Source: Oikopleura dioica
Taxonomy: Eukaryota > Animalia > Chordata
Assembly: GCA_907165135.1 (NCBI GenBank)
Contig: OU015566.1
Coordinates: 1 to 64,000 of the forward strand
Direction of reading: 5' to 3'
DNA: 64,000 bases
The notes beneath the pieces were generated by a model, which did no database searches, was not told the DNA's origin, and saw only the letters and a list, made by a program, of their open reading frames with translations. Position 1 is the first letter of the stretch. Each line of letters begins with the position of its first letter. A program made the position numbers and the translations under genes. Positions 49,535-61,886 of this stretch are shown piece by piece.

Positions 49535-52500
49535 GAAGACGGCAGAAACGCTGCAAATAAAATTAGGGCAAAAAACGAAATTTCAAAATTTTGACCTCGT
49601 TTTTGGGCGATTCATGATAACGATGACCATCGAAAAAAAAATTTTTTTTTTGAATTTTTTTTCTGTTGGGTTTGAGAGGCTCAGAATCAACCAAAATGAC
49701 GCTCGGAAGACGGCAGAAACGCTGCAAATAAAATTAGAGCAAATAACGAAATTTCAAAATTTTGACCTCGTTTTTGGGCGATTCATGATAACGATGACCA
49801 TCGAAAAAAATTTTTTGAATATTTTTCTGTTGGGTTTGAGAGGCTCAGTATCAACCAAAATGACGCTCGGAAGACGGCAGAAACGCTGCAAATAAAATTA
49901 AGGCAAAAAACGAAATTTCAAAATTTTGACCTCGTTTTTGGGCGATTCATGATAACGATGACCATCGAAAAAAAAATTTATTTTTTGAATATTTTTTCTG
50001 TTGGGTTTGAGAGGCTCAGAATCAACCAAAATGACGCTCGGAAGACGGCAGAAACGCTGCAAATAAAATTAGGGCAAAAAACGAAATTTAAAAATTTTGA
50101 CCTCGTTCTTGGGCGATTCATGATAACGATGACGATCGAAAAAAATTTTTTGAATTTTTTCTGTTGGGTTTGAGAGGCTCAAGATCAACCAAAATGACGC
50201 TCGGTAGACGGCAGAAACGCTGCAAATAAAATCAGAGCAAATAACGAAATTTCAAAATTTTGACCTCGTTTTTGGGCGATTCATGATAACGATGACCATC
50301 GAAAAAAATTTTTTGAATATTTTCTCTGTTGGGTTTGAGAGGCTCAGAATCAACCAAAATGACGCTCGGAAGACGGCAGAAACGCTGCAAATAAAATTAG
50401 AGCGAAAAACGAAATTTCAAAATTTTGACCTCGTTTTTGGGCGATTCATGATAACGATGACCATCGAAAAAAAAATTTTTTTTTTTGAATTTTTTTTCTG
50501 TTGGGTTTGAGAGGCTTAGAATCAACCAAAATGACGCTCGGAAGACGGCAGAAACGCTGCAAATAAAATTTGGGCAAAAAACGAAATTTCAAAATTTTGA
50601 CCTCGTTTTTGGGCGATTCATGATAACGATGACCATCGAAAAAAAAATTTTTTTTTTGAATTTTTTTTCTGTTGGGTTTGAGAGGCTCAAGATCAACCAA
50701 AATGACGCTCGGAAGACGGCAGAAACGCTGCAAATAAAATTAGAGCAAATAACGAAATATCAAAATTTTGACCTCGTTTTTGGGCGATTCATGATAACGA
50801 TGACCATCGAAAAAAAATTTTTTGAATTTTTTCTGTTGGGTTTGAGAGGCTCAGTATCAACCAAAATGACGCTCGGAAGACGGCAGAAACGCTGCAAATA
50901 AAATTTGGGCAAAAAACGAAATTTCAAAATTTTGACCTCGTTTTTGGGCGATTCATGATAACGATGACCATCGAAAAAAAAATTTTTTTTTTGGTTTTTT
51001 TTTCTGTTTGGTTTGAGAGGCTCAGAATCAACCAAAATGACGCTCGGAAGACGGCAGAAACGCTGCAAATAAAATTAGGGCAAAAAACGAAATTTCAAAT
51101 TTTTGACCTCGTTTTTGGGCGATTCATGATAACGATGACCATCGAAAAAAAAATTTTTTTTTTTGAATTTTTTTTCTGTTGGGTTTGAGAGGCTCAGAAT
51201 CAACCAAAATGACGCTTGGAAGACGGCAGAAACGCTGCAAATAAAATTAGAGCAAATAACGAAATTTCAAAATTTTGACCTCGTTTTTGGGCGATTCATG
51301 ATAACGATGACCATCGAAAAAAAAATTTTTTTTTTTGAATATTTTTTCTGTTGGGTTTGAGAGGCTCAGTATCAACCAAAATGACGCTCGGAAGACGGCA
51401 GAAACGCTGCAAATAAAATTTGGGCAAAAAACGAAATTTCAAAATTTTGACCTCGTTTTTGGGCGATTCATGATAACGATGACCATCGAAAAAAAATTTT
51501 TTTGGTTTTCTGTTGGGTTTGAGAGGCTCAGAATCAACCAAAATGACGCTCGGAAGACGGCAAAAACGCTGCAAATAAAATTAGGGCAAAAAACGAAATT
51601 TCAAAATTTTGACCTCGTTTTTGGGCGATTCATGATAACGATGACCATCGAAAAAAAAATTTTTTTTTTGAATTTTTTTTCTGTTGGGTTTGAGAGGCTC
51701 AGTATCAACCAAAATGACGCACTAAAGACGGCAGAAACGCTGCAAATAAAATTTGGGCAAAAAACGAAATTTCAAAATTTTGACCTCGTTTTTGGGCGAT
51801 TCATGATAACGATGACCATCGAAAAAAAAATTTTTTTTTTGAATATTTTTTCTGTTGGGTTTGAGAGGCTCAGAATCAACCAAAATAACGCTCGGAAGAC
51901 GGCAGAAACGCTGCAAATAAAATTAGGGCAAAAAACGAAATTTCAAAATTTTGACCTCGTTTTTGGGCGATTCATGATAACGATGGCCATCGAAAAAAAA
52001 ATTTTTTTTTTGAATTTTTTTTCTGTTGGGTTTGAGAGGCTCAAGATCAACCAAAATGACGCTCGGAAGACGGCAGAAACGCTGCAAATAAAATTAGAGC
52101 AAATAACGAAATATCAAAATTTTGACCTCGTTTTTGGGCGATTCATGATAACGATGACCATCGAAAAAAAAATTTTTTTTTTTGAATATTTTTTCTGTTG
52201 GGTTTGAGAGGCTCAGTATCAACCAAAATGACGCTCGGAAGACGGCAGAAACGCTGCAAATAAAATTTGGGCAAAAACGAATTTTCAAAATTTTGACCTC
52301 GTTTTTGGGCGATTCATGATAACGATGACCATCGAAAAAAAAATTTTTTTTTTGGTTTTTTTTTCTGTTGGGTTTGAGAGGCTCAGAATCAACCAAAATG
52401 ACGCTCGGAAGACGGCAGAAACGCTGCAAATAAAATTAGGGCAAAAAACGAAATTTCAAAATTTTGACCTCGTTTTTGGGCGATTCATGATAACGATGAC

Positions 52501-52955
52501 CATCGAAAAAAAAATTTTTTTTTTGAATTTTTTTTCTGTTGGGTTTGAGAGGCTCAGAATCAACCAAAATGACGCTCGGAAGACGGCAGAAACGCTGCAA
52601 ATAAAATTAGAGCAAATAACGAAATTTCAAAATTTTGACCTCGTTTTTGGGCGATTCATGATAACGATGACCATCGAAAAAAAAATTTTTTTTTTTGAAT
52701 ATTTTTTCTGTTGGGTTTAAGAGGCTCAGTATCAACCAAAATGACGCTCGGAAGACGGCAGAAACGCTGCAAATAAAATTTGGGCAAAAAACGAAATTTC
52801 AAAATTTTGACCTCGTTTTTGGGCGATTCATGATAACGATGACCATCGAAAAAAAAATTTTTTTTTTTGGTTTTTTTTTCTGTTGGGTTTGAGAGGCTCA
52901 GAATCAACCAAAATGACGCTCGGAAGACGGCAGAAACGCTGCAAATAAAATTAGA
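49535..52955 (+). repeat. ~170 bp satellite, array 5
   Basis: Same unit; starts with the same variant order as 5065 onward. Confidence 0.97.
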
Positions 52956-52994
52956 ATCAGGAAGTTGTGGGTTCGGGTCCCATCGTGGTCACCA
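52956..52994 (+). other. Processed copy of the 3' half of a mature tRNA (positions ~38-76 incl. CCA; Trp-like acceptor) fused to an LTR end; not a tRNA gene
   Basis: A-TCAGG-AAGTT-GTGGG-TTCGGGT-CCCAT-CGTGGTC-A-CCA: anticodon 3' stem, variable loop, T arm, acceptor strand, CCA. Confidence 0.85.
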
Positions 52995-54197
52995 TGATAC
53001 GGAAGCGGCTGTCCTGCAAGAATTTTGCTCGATCTCTAACTCTAGAATGCCAAGCCAAAATAACGAGAATCAAATTTTAAATTTGCGTGGTTTTATTTGT
53101 GATTTGAATGACTGAAAAAGGCGCGACGCGGGGTTAAATAGCAGCGAGATTTGATCAGTGTTTTTGAACAAGCGGTTGTTTTTGAAAAACAATTTTTCTT
53201 TTGAAAACAAGGAAGAGAGCCCGTGGCTTTCTTTAGCGGTTTTCTTGCGGGAAATCCTTTCGGATCGATTTCTTTTCGGAAGACGAGCTGATCGAACTTG
53301 CCAAGCAAGTTATTTTCAAAGGTTTCGGGAGCCGGCGCCGCGCGTGACGAGATAAAACGCAAATTAATTTTTCAAAATAAAAAGCAGAAAATAATAACAG
53401 CCACTTAAACTTCTCACTATGTGACCGTAGAAGTGACTGTTAATTATGGTTGAAATAAAAAAGGATGAGAAAAGTAAAAGAATATATACAAAATTTTAAC
53501 AAATAAATTGAATAAAATTTGGTCAGGATTTTATAAAATGAATTTATCAAAATTGAAATCACAGAAGAAGCAAATTCCAAGGAACATACCCGGGGGAAGT
53601 TACTGTCGCGGTTCGCACCGTATCTTCTCTTACGGATGAGCTAATTTGCGACAAGCGGACGCCCTGACATAGAGTTTGTCCGACCCCACGGCACCGAGAT
53701 GATACGACGGTTTATCGGCTCGTTGGAGTAGTTGTTGTTGAAGAAGATGTTGACGGCTATCTTGTTGTAGAAGTTGAATCGTATGCACTGTCAATAATCG
53801 AACTTTAAAAATCGCAAAGCAATGATAAGAAATATCGATAAATAGATTAAACATGCAGTTTTGCAAATAGCATATTTTTGGATGAATTGACATCAGATTG
53901 CACTAGAAAAGTATTATGATGAGAGCATATGAGCATTCCAATGATAGAACGTATAGATCGTAAGGAGATGACATGATGATAAGACAATTTTGGGTCAATC
54001 TGGCTCGTTAAAACTGACCATCTTTTCATTTTAAGTAGAATATCGTGAAATGATTTTTGCAAATATGTCTGATCAATTTGGTGATACCAAGCTGACAAGA
54101 CAAATTTAAACTAACGTAGAACCGAATTGGCGTAAATATTTGGCCGTGAAATAAAAATTTTTTATTTGGCTTGAGGCGTTGTTCCCTAAGGATATCA
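52995..54197 (-). repeat. 3' LTR of A' (~1203 bp, ~100 bp internal deletion relative to A)
   Basis: TGATATCC...GTATCA, homologous to the A LTR with many substitutions. Confidence 0.92.
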
Positions 54198-54247
54198 CTG
54201 TGACCTTCCATGGGTCCCAAACGAGCATCTTTATCGCCCATCTTTTT

Positions 54248-57200
54248 TTATATTTCAGTTTCAAAGTCCGGAAGAAAAACAAGAACATTTTTACGCATTG
54301 GATGATTTGGAAATTTTTTAAGCAGTTCTGTTTCGATAGATGCCTGTAAAATTGTTTTTGAGCAGTTTCGAAATTTACAGGGTAAATCATAAAATGCGCA
54401 TACAGTTTTTAGCTCGGGGACAGTTAGTTCGTACAACGTTCGCTCTTTTTGCACTCTAAAGACCGCAAAAAAAAGGAGTTGTCCGTTTCTCGATTTACGC
54501 CAATTCGGATATTCTCTACGAATAGTTTCCTTCACTTTTATCTGAAGTTTTGCCCTTGATTCCTCAAGATCAAATTCCTGATTCATTTTAAAAAGAATGA
54601 ATAAAAGAGAGTCTCTTGTTAATTCGTTCAGTTTGATAAATATACCATTTTCAACATAGGTCTCCTCTATGTCGTCTGTATTTTTCCATTTATCATTAAG
54701 ATGTTCGAAAAAGTCAAGATCATGATTTTCCATTTTAATTAAAATTGACATGTTTTTAAAATTATTTTCAACTGTAAATTTAGCAATTTTACGCTCGACA
54801 ACGGAATCATCAGATCTTTCCCTTCTACGTTTTAAAGCAACTAGCGGATCAATTTCGGGCAATTTATCGTACGATGTCAAATTAACAGAGAGCTCAGAAT
54901 CAGAACTTGATTTCTCGGAATCAAGCACAATGTCTGATCCATTTCCTACTTGATTCAAATCACGTTCTTGATTACCATTTATATTCGGTACTGGCATTTC
55001 TATCAAAAGAGTCGATGAGGATGAAAAATTTTCTGGTTCTGAAGAAGAACTAGACCGCTCCCGATAAGGTTCCGATTGTAAAGACTGATCTGACCTTTCG
55101 GAGGAGAAAGGTTCATGCGCTTTTTCCGATTCTTTTTCTGTGGGGGAATTTTCAGCAAACCGGCCGAGGGAATCCTTCGAAAAAAGACAGTTTTCGGAAA
55201 AAAATTCAAAAAACTCGAGATCGTTCTCTTGTGGCTTTGTCACAATCTTGGAGTATTTTTCAACATCATTATTCGTCTCTAAAATTGAATTTCGCTGAGA
55301 ATAACTTTTCATATGTTCCGCATGTCGCCTAAATTCGTCCTTATCATTTTTAACAGCGTACCACAGACCACTCGGGGATTTAAACGTCACTTCATAAGGA
55401 CCTAAAAACGGAGGAAATTTTTCGCGGAAATTTTTAATAAGAACTTTATCGCCTAAATTGTATTCTTTGAAACGGGGATTTTCAAATTTGGTCATTCTTT
55501 TTTTGCTTTTCTTGTTCAATTTTCGCACGAATTTTCTCAAAGTCTACGTCGATTTTATCTCCGTATGTTCGCCAATAAGGGTCTTGAAAATGATGACTGC
55601 TTTTTATACCAGTTTCTACACAAAATGGGGTTGTTCCGAGTACTGTGTGTAAACTACTGTTTATTTCGTGAACAATTTCAAACAGAAAAATATCCCAATT
55701 CACCCAATTTGAACGAGCCCTGAGCCTGGCTTTTATGGTTCTATTGACGTTTTCAACTTGCCCGTTAGATTGGGGATGACGCGGGGGAATATAATGTACA
55801 CCAATTTTATTTTCTTTCAAAAATTTTTCAATCAGAACGTGTTCCTTCGCGTTATCTAAAACCATATATTTTGGAAATTTTGGATTTCTAAATAATACGC
55901 TCCGGAATTTTTGCAGTAAATAATCCGATTTTTTGCACGATAGGGGCTCCGCGTAAACTTTTTTGCTAAAACCGTCAATAACCACCATTATATATTTATG
56001 ACCAAAATCAGTTTCTTGAAGTGGGCCAATTAAATCAAAGTACAAAATTTCAAAAGGGCCGCTTGGTGTTTCAGATTTGCCTAAAGGAGGTTTGTTAGGC
56101 TGTAGATTTGGTTTTGAAATTTGACATTTGTGACATGATTTTATAAAGCTCGCGACTGTATTTTTTAATCCCGGCCAAAAATACTTTCTAGAAATTTTTT
56201 CGGTTGTAATATCGACTCCGAAATGAGAGTGATCATGATATTCGCTGCAAATTGTCTCTGTCAATGCCTCGGGGACGCAAAATCTTTTTTTGATAGGCTG
56301 GAGAATTTATAGCTAGCTCACCAGACCCAAGGATTTCAAGGTCAGGTCTACGTAAAAAGAATGGGTAAAGCTCGCTTGGTGGGTTATTTGGCCATCTATC
56401 AATACTAACGAAACGTCTAACTTGTGATAATACTGGGTCAGATTTTTGAAACTCTACGAATGATTCAGGGGTAAATTTTATTTGATTGATCGAACAATTT
56501 AATGTATTACGACTAAGGCAATCACTTATTTTCATTTGATGAGTTTTCCTCTGTTCAATTCGAAATGAAAAGCCCTGAAGCTCCGTAAACCATCTTTGAA
56601 TTTTTAAATTATTTGTCTTGAAGGATTGAGCGTATTTAACACAAGAGTTATCAGTAATCCAAAGAAAATCGACATAAGCAAGATAAGCCCTCCATCGTTC
56701 CATACATGTCTTCCCACTATAAAGTTCTTTTTCCAATGTCCCGTATTTCTGTTGTGCCGGCGTAAAATTAAGCGAGTGGTAAGCTATCGGTTGTAGGCAA
56801 TTATGAGAATGATGGTGATTTTTATTTCGCTCCGCGCAAAGATAAAGAACTCCACCAAAACTATGATTAGATGCGTCTGTCTCGAGTACGAAAACACCGT
56901 CATTTAGTGGGGGGATTTTGAGCTCAAGAGCGTTATGGCAGATGATACTTTTGAGCTTTTCGAGTGAAATCGTCGCCTCTTTTGTCCAACAAAATGACCC
57001 TCTGTACGTTTTTGAAATTTCTACTCCCAGGGGTGCAAAATTTTTAATAAATTTTCTGTGCTGCGAAAGAAGTCCGAAAAGTGATTGTGCCTCCTCACGG
57101 TTTCTCGGAATAGACAGATTTTTAACCGCTTCGATCTTGTCCTGTGATGGCCGTATTCTCCCTTCAAAAATTTCAAAACCCAAAATGCATGCTTTTCGCT

Positions 57201-58264
57201 CAAAAAAACTCGCTTTGTCGATGTTAATCCGTAAATTATTTTGGTCTAAAATTTGAAATAATTTACGTAAATTGGCTAAATGTTCTTCTTCCGTTCTTGA
57301 ATGGACCACTAAATCGTCAAGATAAGCGCAAATTTGAGTTTTCGGCGTGTCTCGTAAAATAACATCCATGCATTTTGCGAAATGAATAGGGGCATTTTTG
57401 AGACCCATTGGAAGCCTTTTCCAAGTAAATTGTCCGTCTTCAGTCGAAAAAGCTAGTTTTTCTCGCGATTTCTCATCTACGAGGCACTGATGAAATCCTT
57501 TTCGCAAATCAACACAAGAAAAAATAATGCTATTTTCTAAATACCCTAAAACGTCTTCAATTTGTTGCAACGGATGATGCTGCTGGAGCGTAAACGAATT
57601 TAATTTCCTGTAATCAATACATAATCTGAATGTACCATTCTTTTTCCTTACGAGTAACGCGGGGCTATTATAGGGTGAATTAATTCGCATTATCATGTCT
57701 TGCCCAAGGTAGGAGGTAGTAGTACCGGTCATTATTCCCCGCAAGGCATATGGCGTTCTGTACATATTGCTACAAATCGGGCGATCAGTCTCTAGTTCAA
57801 TCGAAAATTTTTCAAGGTTCGAAACAGGCAAATTGTCGTCCTCGTCTTGAAATAAATGGGTGTATATAGCAAGAAGACCAAAAAGTACCGGCTTATTCTT
57901 TTTCGATATATTGCCTATTTTTAACCGCGAAAGAAGAAAATTAAGATCTTTTTTTGAGGGCTTGATTTGGGCGATCTCAGCTATTTCCGCTAGTTTTGCA
58001 AAGGCCGTGCCAGCAGGAATTTTAACTGTAGAATTCAGGGGATTTATAACAAGAATACGAAAGAATGGATTCTCGGGATCAACTCTCTGGAATGATTCTA
58101 TTAACTCTAGCTTCGAATTTTTAAGCTGGCTTTCTTCTAAAAAAAGATTCATTGATCTGTTCAAATGAGGAATTTTTAAATCGATAATTTGCTCACTTTT
58201 GCCTCGAAATGTGTAAGTTTGCTCAGAAACGGCATAAAAACTGTCTTGCTCAATGTTATTCAGT
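54248..58264 (-). CDS. pol: Pol of A' (RT, RNase H, IN, HEH-like tail); protease end missing
   Basis: YLDD, VLETDAS, HDHSHFG...CHKC, VLDNAKE, PQSNGQVE. Confidence 0.9.
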
Positions 58265-60019
58265 TTGAGAGGCTCAAGATCAACCAAAATGACGCTCGGT
58301 AGACGGCAGAAACGCTGCAAATAAAATTAGAGCAAATAACGAAATTTCAAAATTTTGACCTCGTTTTTGGGCGATTCATGATAACGATGACCATCGAAAA
58401 AAAAATTTTTTTTTTTTGAATATTTTTTCTGTTGGGTTTGAGAGGCTCAGAATCAACCAAAATGACGCTCGGAAGACAACAGAAACGCTGCAAATAAAAT
58501 TAGAGCAAAAACGAATTTTCAAAATTTTGACCTCATTTTTGGGCGATTCATGATAACGATGACCATCGAAAAAAATTTTTTTGGTTTTCTGTTGGGTTTG
58601 AGAGGCTCAGAATCAACCAGAATGACGCTCGGAAGACGGAAGAAACGCTGCAAATAAAATTAGGGCAAAAAACGAAATTTAAAAATTTTGACCTCGTTTT
58701 TGGGCGATTCATGATAACGATGACCATCGAAAAAAAAATTTTTTTTTTTGAATATTTTTTCTGTTGGGTTTGAGAGGCTCAGTATCAACCAAAATGACGC
58801 TCGGAAGACGGCAGAAACGCTGCAAATAAAATTTGGGCAAAAAACGAAATTTCAAAATTTTGACCTCGTTTTTGGGCGATTCATGATAACGATGACCATC
58901 GAAAAAAAAATTTTTTTTTTGGTTTTTTTTTCTGTTGGGTTTGAGAGGCTCAGAATCAACCAAAATGACGCTCGGAAGACAGCAGAAACGCTGCAAATAA
59001 AATTAGGGCAAAAAACGAAATTTCAAAATTTTGACCTCGTTTTTGGGCGATTCATGATAACGATGACCATCGAAAAAAAAATTTTTTTTTTGAATTTTTT
59101 TTCTGTTGGGTTTGAGAGGCTCAGTATCAACCAAAATGACGCACTAAAGACGGCAGAAACGCTGCAAATAAAATTTGGGCAAAAAACGAAATTTCAAAAT
59201 TTTGACCTCGTTTTTGGGCGATTCATGATAACGATGACCATCGAAAAAAAAATTTTTTTTTTGAATATTTTTTCTGTTGGGTTTGAGAGGCTCAGAATCA
59301 ACCAAAATAACGCTCGGAAGACGGCAGAAACGCTGCAAATAAAATCAGAGCAAATAACGAAATTTCAAAATTTTGACCTCGTTTTTGGGCGATTCATGAT
59401 AACGATGACCATCGAAAAAAAAATTTTTTTTTTGAATATTTTCTCTGTTGGGTTTGAGAGGCTCAGAATCAACCAAAATGACGCTCGGAAGACGGCAGAA
59501 ACGCTGCAAATAAAATTAGAGCGAAAAACGAAATTTCAAAATTTTGACCTCGTTTTTGGGCGATTCATGATAACGATGACCATCGAAAAAAAAATTTTTT
59601 TTTTTGGTTTTTTTTTCTGTTGGGTTTGAGAGGCTCAGAATCAACCAAAATGACGCTCGGAAGACGGCAGAAACGCTGCAAATAAAATTAGGGCAAAAAA
59701 CGAAATTTAAAAATTTTGACCTCGTTCTTGGGCGATTCATGATAACGATGACCATCGAAAAAAAAATTTTTTTTTTTGAATTTTTTTTCTGTTGGGTTTT
59801 AGAGGCTCAAGATCAACCAAAATGACGCTCGGTAGACGGCAGAAACGCTGCAAATAAAATTAGAGCAAATAACGAAATTTCAAAATTTTGACCTCGTTTT
59901 TGGGCGATTCATGATAACGATGACCATCGAAAAAAAAATTTTTTTTTTGAATATTTTTTCTGTTGGGTTTGAGAGGCTCAGAATCAACCAAAATGACGCT
60001 CGGAAGACGGCAGAAACGC
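58262..60019 (+). repeat. ~170 bp satellite, array 6
   Basis: Same tandem unit. Confidence 0.96.
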
Positions 60020-61741
60020 TGATACAAAATCTCTTGTTTTGCTGATTGCAATTAAAATTTAACTAATCAAATTATTTTTCCTGCAGTAAATTTTAATCAA
60101 AATTTTTAAATTAACGGTTATTTGTTTATTCGAGGAATGAGGGAAATTTGGCGGTGAGCGAAAATGCAAAAAATATGCAGCTGCATTTTCAAAATATAAA
60201 AACAGGAGTGCACGCGCGAAAAGCATGGTTTTTCAGAATCACAAAGTTCAAAAGTTCGCCTCAGTTTTTTTCTTCCGGATAATCAATAACGACCTTTTCA
60301 GATCAAATTCTTTCGCTTGAGCCGGGTTCTCAGGCATTTTTTCATATCAGGAGACGAACAGGGAAGGGATGAACAATGTCGCAAGTGGCGGCGCCAAATT
60401 TCGAATAAATAAAATAAAGAAAGATTAATTAAAGATAAAGAAGGGTTAAATAAATAAAAAAAGCAAGTTAAAATAATCTATAATAATAATTGGCCAGTAA
60501 TTAGAATTATAAATTACAGAAAGGTTAATTATACGGAAAATTCTTTTTTCAATTTTTTATCTTTTGTTTGAGTTTTTTCGTTTCAATTTACGGTGAGAAA
60601 TAAATAAGCATAAAAAAACAGTTAAATAAAATAACGCTACGATAAAATAATATATACAGTAAAGTTTATGGTCAAAACTACTTCGGCTCACCTTGCAGTG
60701 CTTATTGACGCCTTTTGCTTTGCCTCGCTACTTTGCGTCAAGCCCTATCGTTGACAGGGAACCGCAAGATGCCAAGTATCTGCAGCTTGAAGCTTGCCAT
60801 CCGGCGCGCCCATGGGTGCCATTTGAAGTAGATTTGAAGAGTTGGCGAGGTGGTAGAACTCGCGTCCGCGCCGAGAGCAGCAGTCGAAGATTTTCCAAAT
60901 AGAACAGAAAAGGATAATACCACTAGCTTGAATTTTAGAATAAATTAACCCCCCGAACACTCAGGGATTTTACAGAACAAAATCAATTTAATTGAGGAAA
61001 GAAACGATTCAAGCTAAAAAAAGAGACGATTAAGGCTTGAGAAGAGACGTTCTAAGCTAGAGAAGAGTCGATTTAATAAAATTTTGCAATTTAAAATAAA
61101 ATTAACCCTCGAACATGCGGGGCTTTTCATGCACAACAAAGAGCGATTTGATTAATTTCAGCAATCATAAATAAAAGTTAACCCTCGAACACTTTGGTCT
61201 GGATATTAATCATAAATTTCAAATAAAGTTAACCCTCGAACACAAGGGTTTCCATGCAAACATTTTTTTCCCAAGCAATGAATGGTCAATCATGCAAATT
61301 TTAACATGAAAATTTGAAGCATTTTTAGTAAATAAATTTAGGAATCAAGCGGTTACTTTTGAAGGTGGTTCTAATTAGGTTTCGAATAATAATTGTACAG
61401 TATTTATAAGTGCACGCGTACGTACTGTTAAGCCTAGACTCTGACCGCTTAATTTTAACCCCTAACCAGAGAAAACTGAAGAGTGCGGCCGCTCGCTGGC
61501 CTTAGAGGTCTGCCGAGGTTCTAGCTCCGATGCAGACATAAAGCCGCGAGAAGACCTTTTACCATATGTGAGATGATAATTTGGACCGTGAAGAGACGTT
61601 TTTGGGCGGAAAATTCGACGCCATCTTTTCAAATTTCTAAGTGTGAATTTGGGCAGTATTTTGAAGCTTAGTTCGAGTTCAATTTTACCGTGAATATTAT
61701 CAAAAGATTTTTTTTTCAGTTGTTTCTGTAGTATTGTATCA
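60020..61741 (-). repeat. Putative 3' LTR of D (1722 bp)
   Basis: 6-bp terminal inverted repeat TGATAC/GTATCA, downstream of the pol stop; partner LTR lies outside the window. Confidence 0.8.
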
Positions 61742-61886
61742 CTGTGACCACTTATGGGTCCGGAACTATTTTTCTTCCATTATTTTTTGTCAGTGAAACA
61801 ATTATTTTTTCCTACAGAAAAATATTTTCGAACAAGCTTGGCTAATTGAACTCAAGCTACAAAATACCATGGATAAAAGTTCTAAT

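Larger units (their letters stand above)
52995..58264 (-). mobile_element. Diverged family-A relative (A'), 5'-truncated within pol; 3' LTR only, no TSD
   Basis: Pol ORFs 56233-58320, 55482-56264 and 54248-55540; LTR 52995-54197; joins satellite at ~58261-58264. Confidence 0.93.

Noticed and set aside
49614-59825. Repetitive ORFs of up to 293 aa (MITMTIEKK...) in the satellite
   Set aside because: A 171-bp monomer equals 57 codons; the frames break whenever homopolymer length changes
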